A stretch of DNA of 64,000 bases from an uncultured Chlamydiae bacterium (GTDB lineage Bacteria > Chlamydiota > Chlamydiia > Chlamydiales > JAJFMB01), in the NCBI GenBank assembly GCA_963696295.1, contig CAVOJR010000001.1, positions 2,624,001 through 2,688,000 on the forward strand, read 5' to 3'. The position numbers and the translations under genes were made by a program. Positions 10,246-19,573 of the stretch are shown here, one piece after another. The notes below the pieces were generated by a model. It worked only from the letters and a program-made list of their open reading frames with translations. It had not been told where the DNA came from and made no database searches. Position 1 is the stretch's first letter. Each line of letters begins with the position of its first letter.

Positions 10246-10606
10246 TTCAGTTGGGGTATATTTTTCTTTAGAATGAAGCTTGGTTGGTTTGGAGCCGAGG
10301 GGGAAGGTTTATTCAGTTGGGGTATTTTTTTCTTTAGAAGGAAGCTTGGTTGGTTTGGGGGTAGGGGGGGGAGGTTTCTTCAGTTGGGGTATATTTTTCT
10401 TTAGAAGGAAGCTTGGTTGGTTTGGGGGTAGGGGGGAGGTTTCTTCAGTTGGAGTATATTTTTCTTTAGAAGGAAGCTTGGTTGGTTTGGGGGTAGGGGG
10501 AGGTTTCTTCAGTTGGGGTATATTTTTCTTTAGAAGGAAGCTTGGTTGGTTTGGGGGTAGGGGGGGAGGTTTCTTCAGTTGGGGTGTATTTTTTTTTAGA
10601 AAGAAG
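10246..10606. repeat. ~65-bp G/T-rich tandem repeat, ~5.5 copies
   Basis: TTCAGTTGG unit starts at 10246, 10312, 10379, 10444, 10508, 10574; length varies in the poly-G tract. Confidence 0.95.
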
Positions 10607-10635
10607 TCGGTGGCTAAATTTTTCTTTTGAAGTCT

Positions 10636-11424
10636 TTAAGAGGGAGTGTGAAACTGATTCTCAAAATGATCCCTTTTGTCTGCCAAATGCTCATGATCCG
10701 TCAACTCCCCCACATGGATCGGCACCGCCGTCATATACCCCTTCTGCAACCAAGCCACATCACTGTCCTGATGCTCCAGATACTCTTTCAACTTGACCCC
10801 AATCCAATAATACTCCCTCTCCATACCAGGATGCTTCCGCTTATCCGGATTCTCACCCCAGTACTGCTTCCCTTGCCGTGTAAATTTAAAACCTTTTATC
10901 GGCCCATGACTACTAGATGGGAAATTGACATTTAAGAATGTACCCTCAGGCATCGGATGATCCAATACATGCCTGACCACTTTCAAAATATGCCTTTCCG
11001 CCTCAGCATAGTTGGGATTTTCAAAGTCATAACAGGAAAAAGCTATGCCAGGTATATCATGCATCACTCCTTCTATAACTCCACCCACTGTCCCGCTATA
11101 AAGCACATTGCGGCCGGAATTGGCGCCGCGATTAATCCCCGATACAATCAAATCAGGGGGACTCTCCATCACATACGCCAACGCTAACTTGACGCAGTCC
11201 GCCGGTGTGCCGTTGACGCTATAAGCTCTAGCCTCTAAGGGCCAATTCACCTTCACTAAATTTAACGGGGTATGGCAGCTGACGCATAATCCAACTCCCG
11301 ATTGCTCATGTGCAGGCGCTGTAATCGTTACATTATAGAAATCTTTTAACGCATTCCAGAGATGGTAGATGCCAGGAGTCTGAATCCCGTCATCATTGGT
11401 GATTAATATATGGGGTTTTTTCAT
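10636..11424 (-). CDS. surE: 5'/3'-nucleotidase SurE
   Basis: ILITNDDGI, GTPADCV, SGINRGAN, YSGTVGG motifs. Confidence 0.97.
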   Translation of the reverse strand: MKKPHILITNDDGIQTPGIYHLWNALKDFYNVTITAPAHEQSGVGLCVSCHTPLNLVKVNWPLEARAYSVNGTPADCVKLALAYVMESPPDLIVSGINRGANSGRNVLYSGTVGGVIEGVMHDIPGIAFSCYDFENPNYAEAERHILKVVRHVLDHPMPEGTFLNVNFPSSSHGPIKGFKFTRQGKQYWGENPDKRKHPGMEREYYWIGVKLKEYLEHQDSDVAWLQKGYMTAVPIHVGELTDHEHLADKRDHFENQFHTPS

Positions 11425-11432
11425 AGATACTA

Positions 11433-12509
11433 TTATACCTCAAATGGCATTTGAAAATCAAACAAGAGTTGTTGATATTCTTCTTTTGAGAAATGGCTGG
11501 TGGTGATCCCAACCAGCCTTACTTTAATCCTGCCGGCTTCGGTCTTGTGCAATAAATGCCTGGCAAGGGCAAAAATAGTCTCTTTATCCTGAAACGGGTA
11601 ATCCAAAGTCCGTGATCTGGTCAGGGTTATAAAGTTAAAATAACGGAGTTTTAACGTGACAGTTTTGCAAAATAAATTTTTTTTCCTTAGGTCCTGTTCC
11701 AGCTCATCTGCCAGATCCTCCAGCACTTCATAGAGTGTGCCTATTTCGAGGATATCGGACTGAAAGGTCGTTTCAGTGCCGAGCGACTTTCTGATCCGGA
11801 GGGGGTTTACCGGCCGGTCGTCTTGACAATGGGCCATTTTGAAGAAAAAATGTCCGATTTTCCCAAAGTTTTTGATCAATTTTTCCAGGCCGGCTTCTTT
11901 CAGGTCTTTCCCGGTATGGATCCCTAAAGCGGCCATTTTCTCCTCGGTGACCTGCCCTATCCCGTGGAATTTTTTGATCGGCAGGGCGTCAATGAATTGG
12001 GGGGCTAGCTCGGGGGTGATGACGGTCAGGCCGTCCGGTTTTTGCCATTCGGAGGCGATTTTGGCGAGAAACTTGTTAAACGAGACTCCGGCCGAGGCTT
12101 TCAGTTCCAGCTCCCTGAAAATTTGATTTTTCAGCTCTTTTGCCAAGTGGGTGGCGGAATGGGCGTGGGTGACGTCGAGGTAGGCTTCATCAAGCGAGAG
12201 GGGCTCTATCAGGTCGGTGTGTTGCTTGAAAATGGTGCGGATTTGGCCGGATACGGCCGAGTAAACGGAAAATCTGGGTGTGATAAAGATTCCTGAGGGG
12301 CAGAGTTTATAGGCTTGTCTCGAGGGCATGGCTGAGCGCACGCCAAACTTGCGCGCTTCATAGGAGCAGGTAGCCACCACCCCTCTTTGATCGGGAGGGG
12401 AGCTGACGATGACCGGCTTGCCTCTCAAGTGGGGGTTGTCCCTCTGCTCGACTGAAGCGTAAAAGGCGTCCATGTCTACATGAATGATTTTTCTAGTAAA
12501 TGTACTCAT
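11433..12509 (-). CDS. dinB: DNA polymerase IV
   Basis: HVDMDAFYASVE, SYEARKFGV, SLDEAYLD, KPDG motifs. Confidence 0.96.
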   Translation of the reverse strand: MSTFTRKIIHVDMDAFYASVEQRDNPHLRGKPVIVSSPPDQRGVVATCSYEARKFGVRSAMPSRQAYKLCPSGIFITPRFSVYSAVSGQIRTIFKQHTDLIEPLSLDEAYLDVTHAHSATHLAKELKNQIFRELELKASAGVSFNKFLAKIASEWQKPDGLTVITPELAPQFIDALPIKKFHGIGQVTEEKMAALGIHTGKDLKEAGLEKLIKNFGKIGHFFFKMAHCQDDRPVNPLRIRKSLGTETTFQSDILEIGTLYEVLEDLADELEQDLRKKNLFCKTVTLKLRYFNFITLTRSRTLDYPFQDKETIFALARHLLHKTEAGRIKVRLVGITTSHFSKEEYQQLLFDFQMPFEV

Positions 12510-14307
12510 CGGCTATTTGACGTTTATCATATCCGTCTAAAACGTGAAAAGCTCGAATTTTGTTGATCTTGATCGGTGAGAGCTGGCCGATGGGCAAAAA
12601 GACGATTTTCTTACCGTAGCGGCTCGCGAAACTTTTGAAGGCCGTGCGCGGGGGCTTGCTCGCCACATAGACAATCAGGGGCTTTACGGCGTAATCGATG
12701 GCAGCCATCAACAGCACTTCCGGTTTGGAGCGGCATGTTTCGTAATCGGGATCTGACCAGACATCGAACAGGCGGCGGGGAGGGTATGACATCATAAAAC
12801 CCCCATACTCACAGCGGCTGATGCCCGGTCCTACCACATTGGCCTGGACCGAGGTGGCGTAAAAGGCCATATCCGATTCTTGCGTATGCTCCCCGAGCCA
12901 AGTCGTTTTCCAGGGGTATTTCTCATCGTATTTTTTCCCTTCTTCCTGGGAATCCTCGTCAAAAATGATCACAATCGAGCCGACCCCGCCGGGAGGTTTG
13001 CCCCGGACCTTGACATAGATTTTCTTTTCGTGCCAGTGGCGGATCGTTTCCCTTGTGTCAATGCCATCTTCAATGCTTGTGCTGAAAGGAACCGTTCGAG
13101 CGGCGTCATCGGTGAAAATTTGCGTCCCTTTCTTTTTTAAAAACTCGGCAAAACCTTCCACCACCAAATCTTCGGGAGGATAGGAGCAGATGGCAAAGGG
13201 GCCGGGAGGGGTGAAGCGGATTTGAGAGCGGTCTTTACCCCGCTTCCTGAAGCCAAAGGGCTTGCGGCTTTGCTCTTTGCGGTGGAAGCGGATGATTTTG
13301 CTTTTGCCCCAGACATCTTCGACGGTCAAGTTGAGCTCCTGGAGATTGTCGGTATTTTTCCGGTAGGGGTATTCGGTGGCGATATTCCAGACTTCATAGG
13401 CAAAATTGTGGTCGACGCATCCCTTGGAGGCGGATAGAATTTGGAACAGATCGGGCATGAGCTGGTGGTTGATCAGGGCGTAATTGCGCAGGAATTTCAT
13501 GATATTGCGATAATTGTAGCGGGGGAACGGGTTTCCGGTCGCTTGCACATATTTATCGGCTGCTTCATTGAGCAAATGGAGGATCAGTTTTTGCCTGTCG
13601 GGTAGTTTAGCCATCTCCTCACGTTCATTTTCATACTGGCAGGTCATCCAGGGAAATTCAGCCATCACTTCTCTGCAGGAGGCTTCCGACAAAGTACATA
13701 ATTGAACGCTTTCGCGGCTGACGGGGTTCAGAGTCGGAAAATGGTTTCTGTCGATAAGTTCCAAAATGCGCGCGATATGGGCCATGCCGCCGACGAACAA
13801 AACGGAATCGTGAAGAAGCGACAGCTCCTTCAGCCTCTTGGCCATATACATTTCCCGTTCGGCGTCGTGATGGGTTTTAATCACTCCGTGGGTGCGGCAA
13901 TGATTCTGATAGGCTTCGTAGAAGCTCTTAAGGCCAACCCTTTGAATCGCATAAGGATCTGGAATAGGTTCTCTGATATTGGGGTACTGGTCGACGTCCA
14001 GATCGATGCAATAGGCGGGAATGCCCCTTTCAAGAGCCGAGCGCAACCCCTCGAAAGCCGCTTCGCAGGGCTCGGCGAGATAAAACTGGGGAGCCCCCTG
14101 GGCGCTTTCCATCATCACAATGCTGATGTCGGGGAGCCTTGAGGCGGCGTGCAGCAATGGCAGTTGGATTGTTTCAGCGAGTTCAACAGCGACGCAGGCC
14201 GGTTTCAGCTCCAAAAAGGCAAGCCGGACTTGCGCCGCCATTTCCATATTGTAGTGGGTGACGGGAACGGCGTAGATGTTGTTCTTCTGAATGTAAAAAG
14301 GTTTCAT
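12493..14307 (-). CDS. Conserved hypothetical protein, likely partner of the adjacent AAA+ ATPase
   Basis: 604-aa ORF translationally coupled to the MoxR-like gene; VAVEL, REMYMA..L, VGGMAH motifs reminiscent of TraB/Tiki-like folds. Confidence 0.75.
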   Translation of the reverse strand: MKPFYIQKNNIYAVPVTHYNMEMAAQVRLAFLELKPACVAVELAETIQLPLLHAASRLPDISIVMMESAQGAPQFYLAEPCEAAFEGLRSALERGIPAYCIDLDVDQYPNIREPIPDPYAIQRVGLKSFYEAYQNHCRTHGVIKTHHDAEREMYMAKRLKELSLLHDSVLFVGGMAHIARILELIDRNHFPTLNPVSRESVQLCTLSEASCREVMAEFPWMTCQYENEREEMAKLPDRQKLILHLLNEAADKYVQATGNPFPRYNYRNIMKFLRNYALINHQLMPDLFQILSASKGCVDHNFAYEVWNIATEYPYRKNTDNLQELNLTVEDVWGKSKIIRFHRKEQSRKPFGFRKRGKDRSQIRFTPPGPFAICSYPPEDLVVEGFAEFLKKKGTQIFTDDAARTVPFSTSIEDGIDTRETIRHWHEKKIYVKVRGKPPGGVGSIVIIFDEDSQEEGKKYDEKYPWKTTWLGEHTQESDMAFYATSVQANVVGPGISRCEYGGFMMSYPPRRLFDVWSDPDYETCRSKPEVLLMAAIDYAVKPLIVYVASKPPRTAFKSFASRYGKKIVFLPIGQLSPIKINKIRAFHVLDGYDKRQIADEYIY

Positions 14308-15158
14308 GTCGCATACACTAGCGCTTCGTCGCCAAGGGTCATGACGATGGCCTGCCTAAGCAGATTATCGACCTGATTGTGGCCGGTATTTAAGCTTTTG
14401 ATTCTTTTGGCCGCATACCTTGCGATATTGATTCCGTCTCTGATCGTGTAATTTTCGTGGCTCATATGGGCGCGCTGCAAAAAGTTGACGATATAGTCCA
14501 TGATATAGTCATCGACGAAGGGGAGATTTTCGTGCAGGATGCGCCGCTCTTCGTCCGCTTCGGGGAAGTCGAGGTAAATCTGCGGCTGCAGGCGGCTGTG
14601 GATATATTCCGGGATTTCGAAAGTCGAGGCATCGTCGTTCATGGTGACGCAAATGCGGAAATCGTCATGCGCCGAAACTTTCAGGCCAGCGACGATCGAC
14701 TCGATGTAGCGCCTCGTATCCAAGAGGGGAGCTAGCGAGGCCCACGATTTTTCGCTCATCCGGTTTGCTTCGTCGAGGATGCAGACGCCCCCTTTGATCA
14801 TCGCGGTGACTAAAGCGGAGGCGACGTAGCGGATGCCCCCGTTTTTGTCGACGACAGGAGTGATAAGCAGGTCTTCAGGCCTTGTGTCCATCGTGCATTG
14901 AAAGATATAGACTTCCCGATGCAGTCTTTTGGCGGCGGCATAGGCCAAAGTGGTTTTGCCGACGCCCGGCTTTCCGATCAATCTCGGGTTTAAAGGGATA
15001 TCATCCGGGTCGATCACGAGCCAGGAAGCCAGCAGCTGGTCCATCACATCCTGCTGTCCAATCCATTCGAATTTGAGTTCATCCGGGAATCCAAGAGCCA
15101 GTTCGACCCCTTGGATAGTGATGCGGCTTTCATGTTCGTTCGGGTTTGGATTTCGCAT
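14304..15158 (-). CDS. MoxR/CbbQ-like AAA+ ATPase
   Basis: Walker A GKPGVGKT, Walker B ILDEANR, FRICVTMN sensor. Confidence 0.88.
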   Translation of the reverse strand: MRNPNPNEHESRITIQGVELALGFPDELKFEWIGQQDVMDQLLASWLVIDPDDIPLNPRLIGKPGVGKTTLAYAAAKRLHREVYIFQCTMDTRPEDLLITPVVDKNGGIRYVASALVTAMIKGGVCILDEANRMSEKSWASLAPLLDTRRYIESIVAGLKVSAHDDFRICVTMNDDASTFEIPEYIHSRLQPQIYLDFPEADEERRILHENLPFVDDYIMDYIVNFLQRAHMSHENYTIRDGINIARYAAKRIKSLNTGHNQVDNLLRQAIVMTLGDEALVYAT

Positions 15159-15209
15159 AAGTAGCTCCTGAAATTATATAGACAAATGATGATAGCACGC
15201 GGTCTAATT

Positions 15210-15950
15210 TCAGGGAACTACTGCTTTTTTTGAGCCGTATCTCAAACCGGCGTTGGCGATGTTTTCCCGGGCATTAGGATAGAGCTCTTCAATTTCACTC
15301 AGCAGCTGATCCACCTTTTTCCGCATCGAATTTTGTCCTACGGGGCATTGACAGGTGATGCGGCGGAACTGATGCTGGCCGGCGAAAGTGGCGATCTCTT
15401 TTTCTTCCACATAGATGAGCGGGCGGATAATGGTGATGCCGTAATCGGTCATTTCCAGTTTCGGCAAATTGCCGGCGAATTCCCCTTTGTGGAGCAGGTT
15501 CATCAAAATCGTCTGGGCGTTGTCGTCCCGGTGATGTCCGAAGGCCACGGTCGTCGCTCCCACTTCCCTGGCTGCCTCGAAGATTAAAGAGCGCCTTTTT
15601 CGCGAGCAGCTGTAGCATTCGAGCTTATCCAGGCTTTGGTCGGCGTGGCGGCGTAAATAGGGGACTTCCAATTCATCGCAGATGCTTTTCAGATAGTCCT
15701 GATTGAGTCCAGCTCCGCAGGAGAAGGCGCCGGACACATGAATGGCGAAAAGTTCGCAGTCGGGAAAGCCCCGGCCTAAAATGGCTTTCAGCATAAAGAG
15801 CAGAGTGAGGCTGTCTTTCCCGCCGCTTAGGGCGATGGCGAGTTTGGAGACTCCTTCGAGCATCTTAAAGTCAAATAAAGATTTCCTTATTTTGCTTTCG
15901 ATGAGTTTGCCAAGCTTTGTCCATGGGGGTCTGGCTACGGGCAGCTGCAT
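15210..15950 (-). CDS. ttcA: tRNA 2-thiocytidine biosynthesis protein TtcA family
   Basis: PP-loop SGGKDS, CYSC, GHHRDD, IIRPL, CQCP. Confidence 0.88.
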   Translation of the reverse strand: MQLPVARPPWTKLGKLIESKIRKSLFDFKMLEGVSKLAIALSGGKDSLTLLFMLKAILGRGFPDCELFAIHVSGAFSCGAGLNQDYLKSICDELEVPYLRRHADQSLDKLECYSCSRKRRSLIFEAAREVGATTVAFGHHRDDNAQTILMNLLHKGEFAGNLPKLEMTDYGITIIRPLIYVEEKEIATFAGQHQFRRITCQCPVGQNSMRKKVDQLLSEIEELYPNARENIANAGLRYGSKKAVVP

Positions 15951-16032
15951 AAAAGTCCTTTAAAAAAATGATAAGTTATTTTATACTTTGGTAACTCTAA
16001 AGTCAAGATGAACAAAGGTTTGAAAAAAAATT

Positions 16033-16260
16033 ATGTCAGAAAAAATTGGAAGAAACGATCCTTGTCCATGCGGATCGGGAAAAAAATATAAGCAGTGCTG
16101 CCTGGCGAAGAAGAAGATGGGATTGAAGGGGATGAATGTGAAGTGGCTGAGCAAGCCTCAGGACAAAACGCCTCCGAATTTGCTTGAAAGAACCTTCGGA
16201 AAGGCGATTGAGGGGACGAAAGAGAGCGAGTATGAACAAAAAAATGAGGCAAGTGAGTAA
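16033..16260 (+). CDS. SEC-C motif protein
   Basis: [18 protein letters not shown]. Confidence 0.9.
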   Translation: MSEKIGRNDPCPCGSGKKYKQCCLAKKKMGLKGMNVKWLSKPQDKTPPNLLERTFGKAIEGTKESEYEQKNEASE

Positions 16261-16308
16261 AATACTTGTATCAAAATTTCCCATTTTGATATAACTTGCG
16301 CTTAATCG

Positions 16309-16381
<73 letters not shown>

Positions 16382-16389
16382 ACCCATCA

Positions 16390-16471
16390 GGGGGTGTCGC
16401 ATAGCGGCAATTGCAAGGGACTGTAAATCCCTCGACTTCGGTCTTCGCTGGTTCGAGTCCAGCCGCCCCCA
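16390..16471 (+). tRNA. tRNA-Tyr(GTA), integration target
   Basis: GGGGGTGTCGCATAGCGGCAATTGCAAGGGACT-GTA-AATCCCTCGACTTCGGTCTTCGCTGGTTCGAGTCCAGCCGCCCCCA, long variable arm. Confidence 0.97.
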
Positions 16472-16472
16472 A
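16419..16472 (+). repeat. attL core (3' part of tRNA-Tyr)
   Basis: GACTGTAAATCCCTCGACTTCGGTCTTCGCTGGTTCGAGTCCAGCCGCCCCCAA, identical to 34221-34274. Confidence 0.96.
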
Positions 16473-16755
16473 TCCCTTGATAAACTAAGACTTAAGACAC
16501 AAATAAGTTACCAGTTTTTCGTTCTAAAGTGTGGAAATTCCCCACTTTTTCCCCAATGACACACAACAAAACGCGACAAAGTACAAACCTTTCGGAATCG
16601 CATGTTGTTAGTAAGTTTCTATTTTAGTGTGGAAAAATTGGGGAAAACCACTATTCTTCCCCCCATTGAAACATGTTTTTACGAGACAAAATCTTTCAAC
16701 AAGCAAGGGAATCGTAATCCCTTGACCGTGTTTTTTTGAGGAAAAAGGAGAAGAA

Positions 16756-17814
16756 ATGGCTTCGATCAAAATGAAAAAAGATAAAGATGGAAAAGTGCGC
16801 TTTTATGTGCAAGTGCGCATAAAAGGGTATCCCCAGCAAAATGCGGCATTTACAAGAAAGACCGATGCTGAAAGGTGGATTCAACAAACTGAGGCCGCGA
16901 TCCGGGAGGGTCGCCACTTTAAGACAGTGGAAGCGAAAAAGCATAGCGTTGGCCAAATGATCGATCGCTACATCAGAGATGTTCTGCCTACCAAGAAAAG
17001 GTCGGAGAAAAAGCAAACATCACAGCTTAACTGGTGGAAGGAGCGGATCGGCCATTGCCTATTATCTGATGTGACGCCAGCATTGATCGCCGAGCAAAGA
17101 GATTTTTTGCTTAAGGGCAAGACTATGAGAGGCAGTATCAGGAGCTCATCCACAGTTGTGCGGTATATGGCAGCTCTTTCCCACTCCTTTTCGATTGCGA
17201 TGAGAGAATGGGGTTGGATAGAAGATTCACCCTGCCGGAAAGTTTCAAAGCCCAAAGAGCCTCGCGGAAGAGTTCGCTTCCTCAACGAAGAAGAGAGGAT
17301 TTCATTGCTCCAAGCTTGTCGAGATAGTGAGAATCCCTATCTTTTCATCATCGTGGTTTTGACGCTTTCATGCGGCTTTAGGCAAGCAGAAGTGATGAAT
17401 TTGAAATGGAGCGCTATCGACCTGCAAAGGGGGCGCATAGTGCTGCACGAAACTAAAAATGGCGAAATTCGACAAGCGCCACTCGCCGGACTTGCTCTTG
17501 AATTGGTTGCTGCACTAGATAAAGTTAGAAGAATCGATACCCAGCTGCTATTTCCTGGGAAGTTTCCTAAGAAACCCATCATTATCCGCACTGCGTGGCT
17601 AAATGCATTGAAAAAAGCAAACATCGAGGACTTTCGATTTCATGACTTACGCCATTCGACAGCAAGTTATTTAGCCATGAATGGCGCAACCTTAGCTGAA
17701 ATTGCCGAGGTGCTCGGACATAAGACCTTGGCGATGGTCAAAAGATACGCTCACATTTCGGATACTCACACCTCGAAAGTGGTAGCTGATATGAATCAAA
17801 AAATATTTGGATAA
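16756..17814 (+). CDS. Tyrosine recombinase/integrase
   Basis: Catalytic set intact: CGFRQAE (R), ETKNG (K), FHDLRH (HxxR), LGHK (H), KRYAH (Y). Confidence 0.96.
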   Translation: MASIKMKKDKDGKVRFYVQVRIKGYPQQNAAFTRKTDAERWIQQTEAAIREGRHFKTVEAKKHSVGQMIDRYIRDVLPTKKRSEKKQTSQLNWWKERIGHCLLSDVTPALIAEQRDFLLKGKTMRGSIRSSSTVVRYMAALSHSFSIAMREWGWIEDSPCRKVSKPKEPRGRVRFLNEEERISLLQACRDSENPYLFIIVVLTLSCGFRQAEVMNLKWSAIDLQRGRIVLHETKNGEIRQAPLAGLALELVAALDKVRRIDTQLLFPGKFPKKPIIIRTAWLNALKKANIEDFRFHDLRHSTASYLAMNGATLAEIAEVLGHKTLAMVKRYAHISDTHTSKVVADMNQKIFG

Positions 17815-18691
17815 AGAAATGGAAAGCAAATATTTACTGATACCTCCTTCGTTCAAAGAACTTTTGAATCTGGAATATATTGGGATTCACGAGGCTGCGT
17901 TCCTGCTTTGTGACTGGCCAACACATGAGGGTGAACATTACTTCCCAAATCCCATGGAGCCGTTTAACCCTAAGGAATATGACGGCCGATTTAACCTGAT
18001 TTTCAGCGAGCTGAATAATGCTGTCACCTATAGAGAACTTCACTGCAAAAGATATACTGCTATCCTCGGGGTAGCTTTAAGTGTGAGGCCATACGATGTG
18101 ATTATCTGGGCTCTTCTTAAGAATAAGATTTTGCCAAAACCACTTCAAGCGGTCCTTGGACTTTCCCAGATGCCAAGCTCTGACTTCAATAGATCACGGA
18201 ATGCCTTTATCAACAAAGTTATCTTCCAATGTCTTTTTGTATCAGCTGCAGACGATCAAAGAGAAGACTTGCGCTACTACATTGATCATCCTTGGCTGCA
18301 AAAGAGGGGCTATATGGATGAAATAGAAAAGAAAGCACTCAAGGGACATCTGTTTGAGGCAATCAATTTTAAAGCAGATAAAGGGGGAAAATTGTCGAAG
18401 TATCTGTTGTCGATCACCAGGCTTGAAGAGGTTTTGAATCCTTTGGGGGAATACAACATCCTGGCATTGAAATTACTTATTGAAATTGTCTGCAATTTTG
18501 TTTTGCTTAAAGAAGTGGAGTTCACTCAAGAATCATTTGCGAAGGAAATCCACAATTACTCTGTATGCGCCCCTTATTTCAAGGAAGCCCCGCCTATTTT
18601 ACACAGGATACTAGTGATGATTTGCAAGGAGTTTGTCTGGAAAAGTCCAGTCGTGTATCAACCTGAACATAAACGAAAATTGGAGGAATGA
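17807..18691 (+). CDS. Hypothetical protein coupled to the integrase
   Basis: 294-aa ORF overlapping the integrase stop; no recognisable motif. Confidence 0.65.
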   Translation: MDKEMESKYLLIPPSFKELLNLEYIGIHEAAFLLCDWPTHEGEHYFPNPMEPFNPKEYDGRFNLIFSELNNAVTYRELHCKRYTAILGVALSVRPYDVIIWALLKNKILPKPLQAVLGLSQMPSSDFNRSRNAFINKVIFQCLFVSAADDQREDLRYYIDHPWLQKRGYMDEIEKKALKGHLFEAINFKADKGGKLSKYLLSITRLEEVLNPLGEYNILALKLLIEIVCNFVLLKEVEFTQESFAKEIHNYSVCAPYFKEAPPILHRILVMICKEFVWKSPVVYQPEHKRKLEE

Positions 18692-18788
18692 TTTACCATG
18701 AGATGTCTATTCTTAGAAAGTTGCTGGGTGTTGTATTTTGTTTTGCAGAGCTTTGAATTGTTTCAGGGCTAAGAAAAGGAGAAGAAGA

Positions 18789-19010
18789 ATGACAGAAAAA
18801 AATAGATTTTTGACATGTGCGCAATGGGTTAAGGAGCATAGTTGGCCACCGGCTGGCGGCTTAAGACATTTGATTTTTTTTGCAGAACAAAATGGCTTCA
18901 GCAAAGTCATTCGGCGCGTTGGCCGGAGGGTGCTGATCAGTGAAAAAGACTTTTTTGAATGGATGGAAACAAGCAACCACGATAAGGAGCAATTATCCGC
19001 AATAAAGTAA
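18789..19010 (+). CDS. Excisionase/AlpA-like small DNA-binding protein
   Basis: RBS AAGGAG; SWPPAGGLRHLIF...IRRVGRRVLISEKDFFEWME winged-helix Xis-like pattern. Confidence 0.7.
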   Translation: MTEKNRFLTCAQWVKEHSWPPAGGLRHLIFFAEQNGFSKVIRRVGRRVLISEKDFFEWMETSNHDKEQLSAIK

Positions 19011-19123
19011 TAGGGAATACATTTTTTAGTTGAAAAAGATAAATATTTTCTTATGTAAAAAAATTGAAATTTGATAAAATATAATAATTTAATAAGGAGT
19101 GGTTCATGCAGGGTGATGCAGAG

Positions 19124-19161
19124 AAAAAAAAGCCATGAAGAAGTTACAGCTTCATCATGGC
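19124..19161 (-). terminator. Minus-strand intrinsic terminator
   Basis: Minus strand reads GCCATGATGAAG-CTGTAA-CTTCTTCATGGC-TTTTTTTT (11/12-bp stem plus T8). Confidence 0.65.
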
Positions 19162-19275
19162 GCGAAAAGATACCGAACGTATTCTTTCTCTGCCTCAGAT
19201 TAACATATTATAGCAATCGATTCAATTCGAATCATTACTCACCCCTGCATGGATCTCTTTTAAAAAGAGGTGACC

Positions 19276-19515
19276 ATGTCAACAGAAACCAATATTTTTC
19301 TTGATCGTCTCGAGAAGATTTCCCAAGAAAGGCCCTTTCTTACGAGCAAAGAGCTAGTGGAAGTGAGGGTTTTCGAAACCCTTCAAGATGCCCGAACAGC
19401 TAGGCTAAGCGGGCAAATTGCATTTTGGGAAATGTCCCCAAAATTTTTTGTCTGTCCCATTTCAGAAGTAGTTCGTTATTTGCTTGCGCGTCAAGGATAT
19501 AAGATCAATGAATAA
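19276..19515 (+). CDS. Small putative DNA-binding (excisionase-like) protein
   Basis: RBS AAGAGG; FLTSKELVEV...ARTARLSG...PISEVVRYL resembles HTH_17/Xis pattern. Confidence 0.55.
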   Translation: MSTETNIFLDRLEKISQERPFLTSKELVEVRVFETLQDARTARLSGQIAFWEMSPKFFVCPISEVVRYLLARQGYKINE

Positions 19516-19573
19516 GAGAAACATTTTGAGGCAATAAAAATGGCGCCCCTGGCGCCAAAGGAATATTTAACCG

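Noticed and set aside
10246..10606. Possible CRISPR array (~65-bp period) and ORFs 10280-10630 / 10542-10796
   Set aside because: Whole unit repeats with no variable spacer; the ORFs are translations of the repeat
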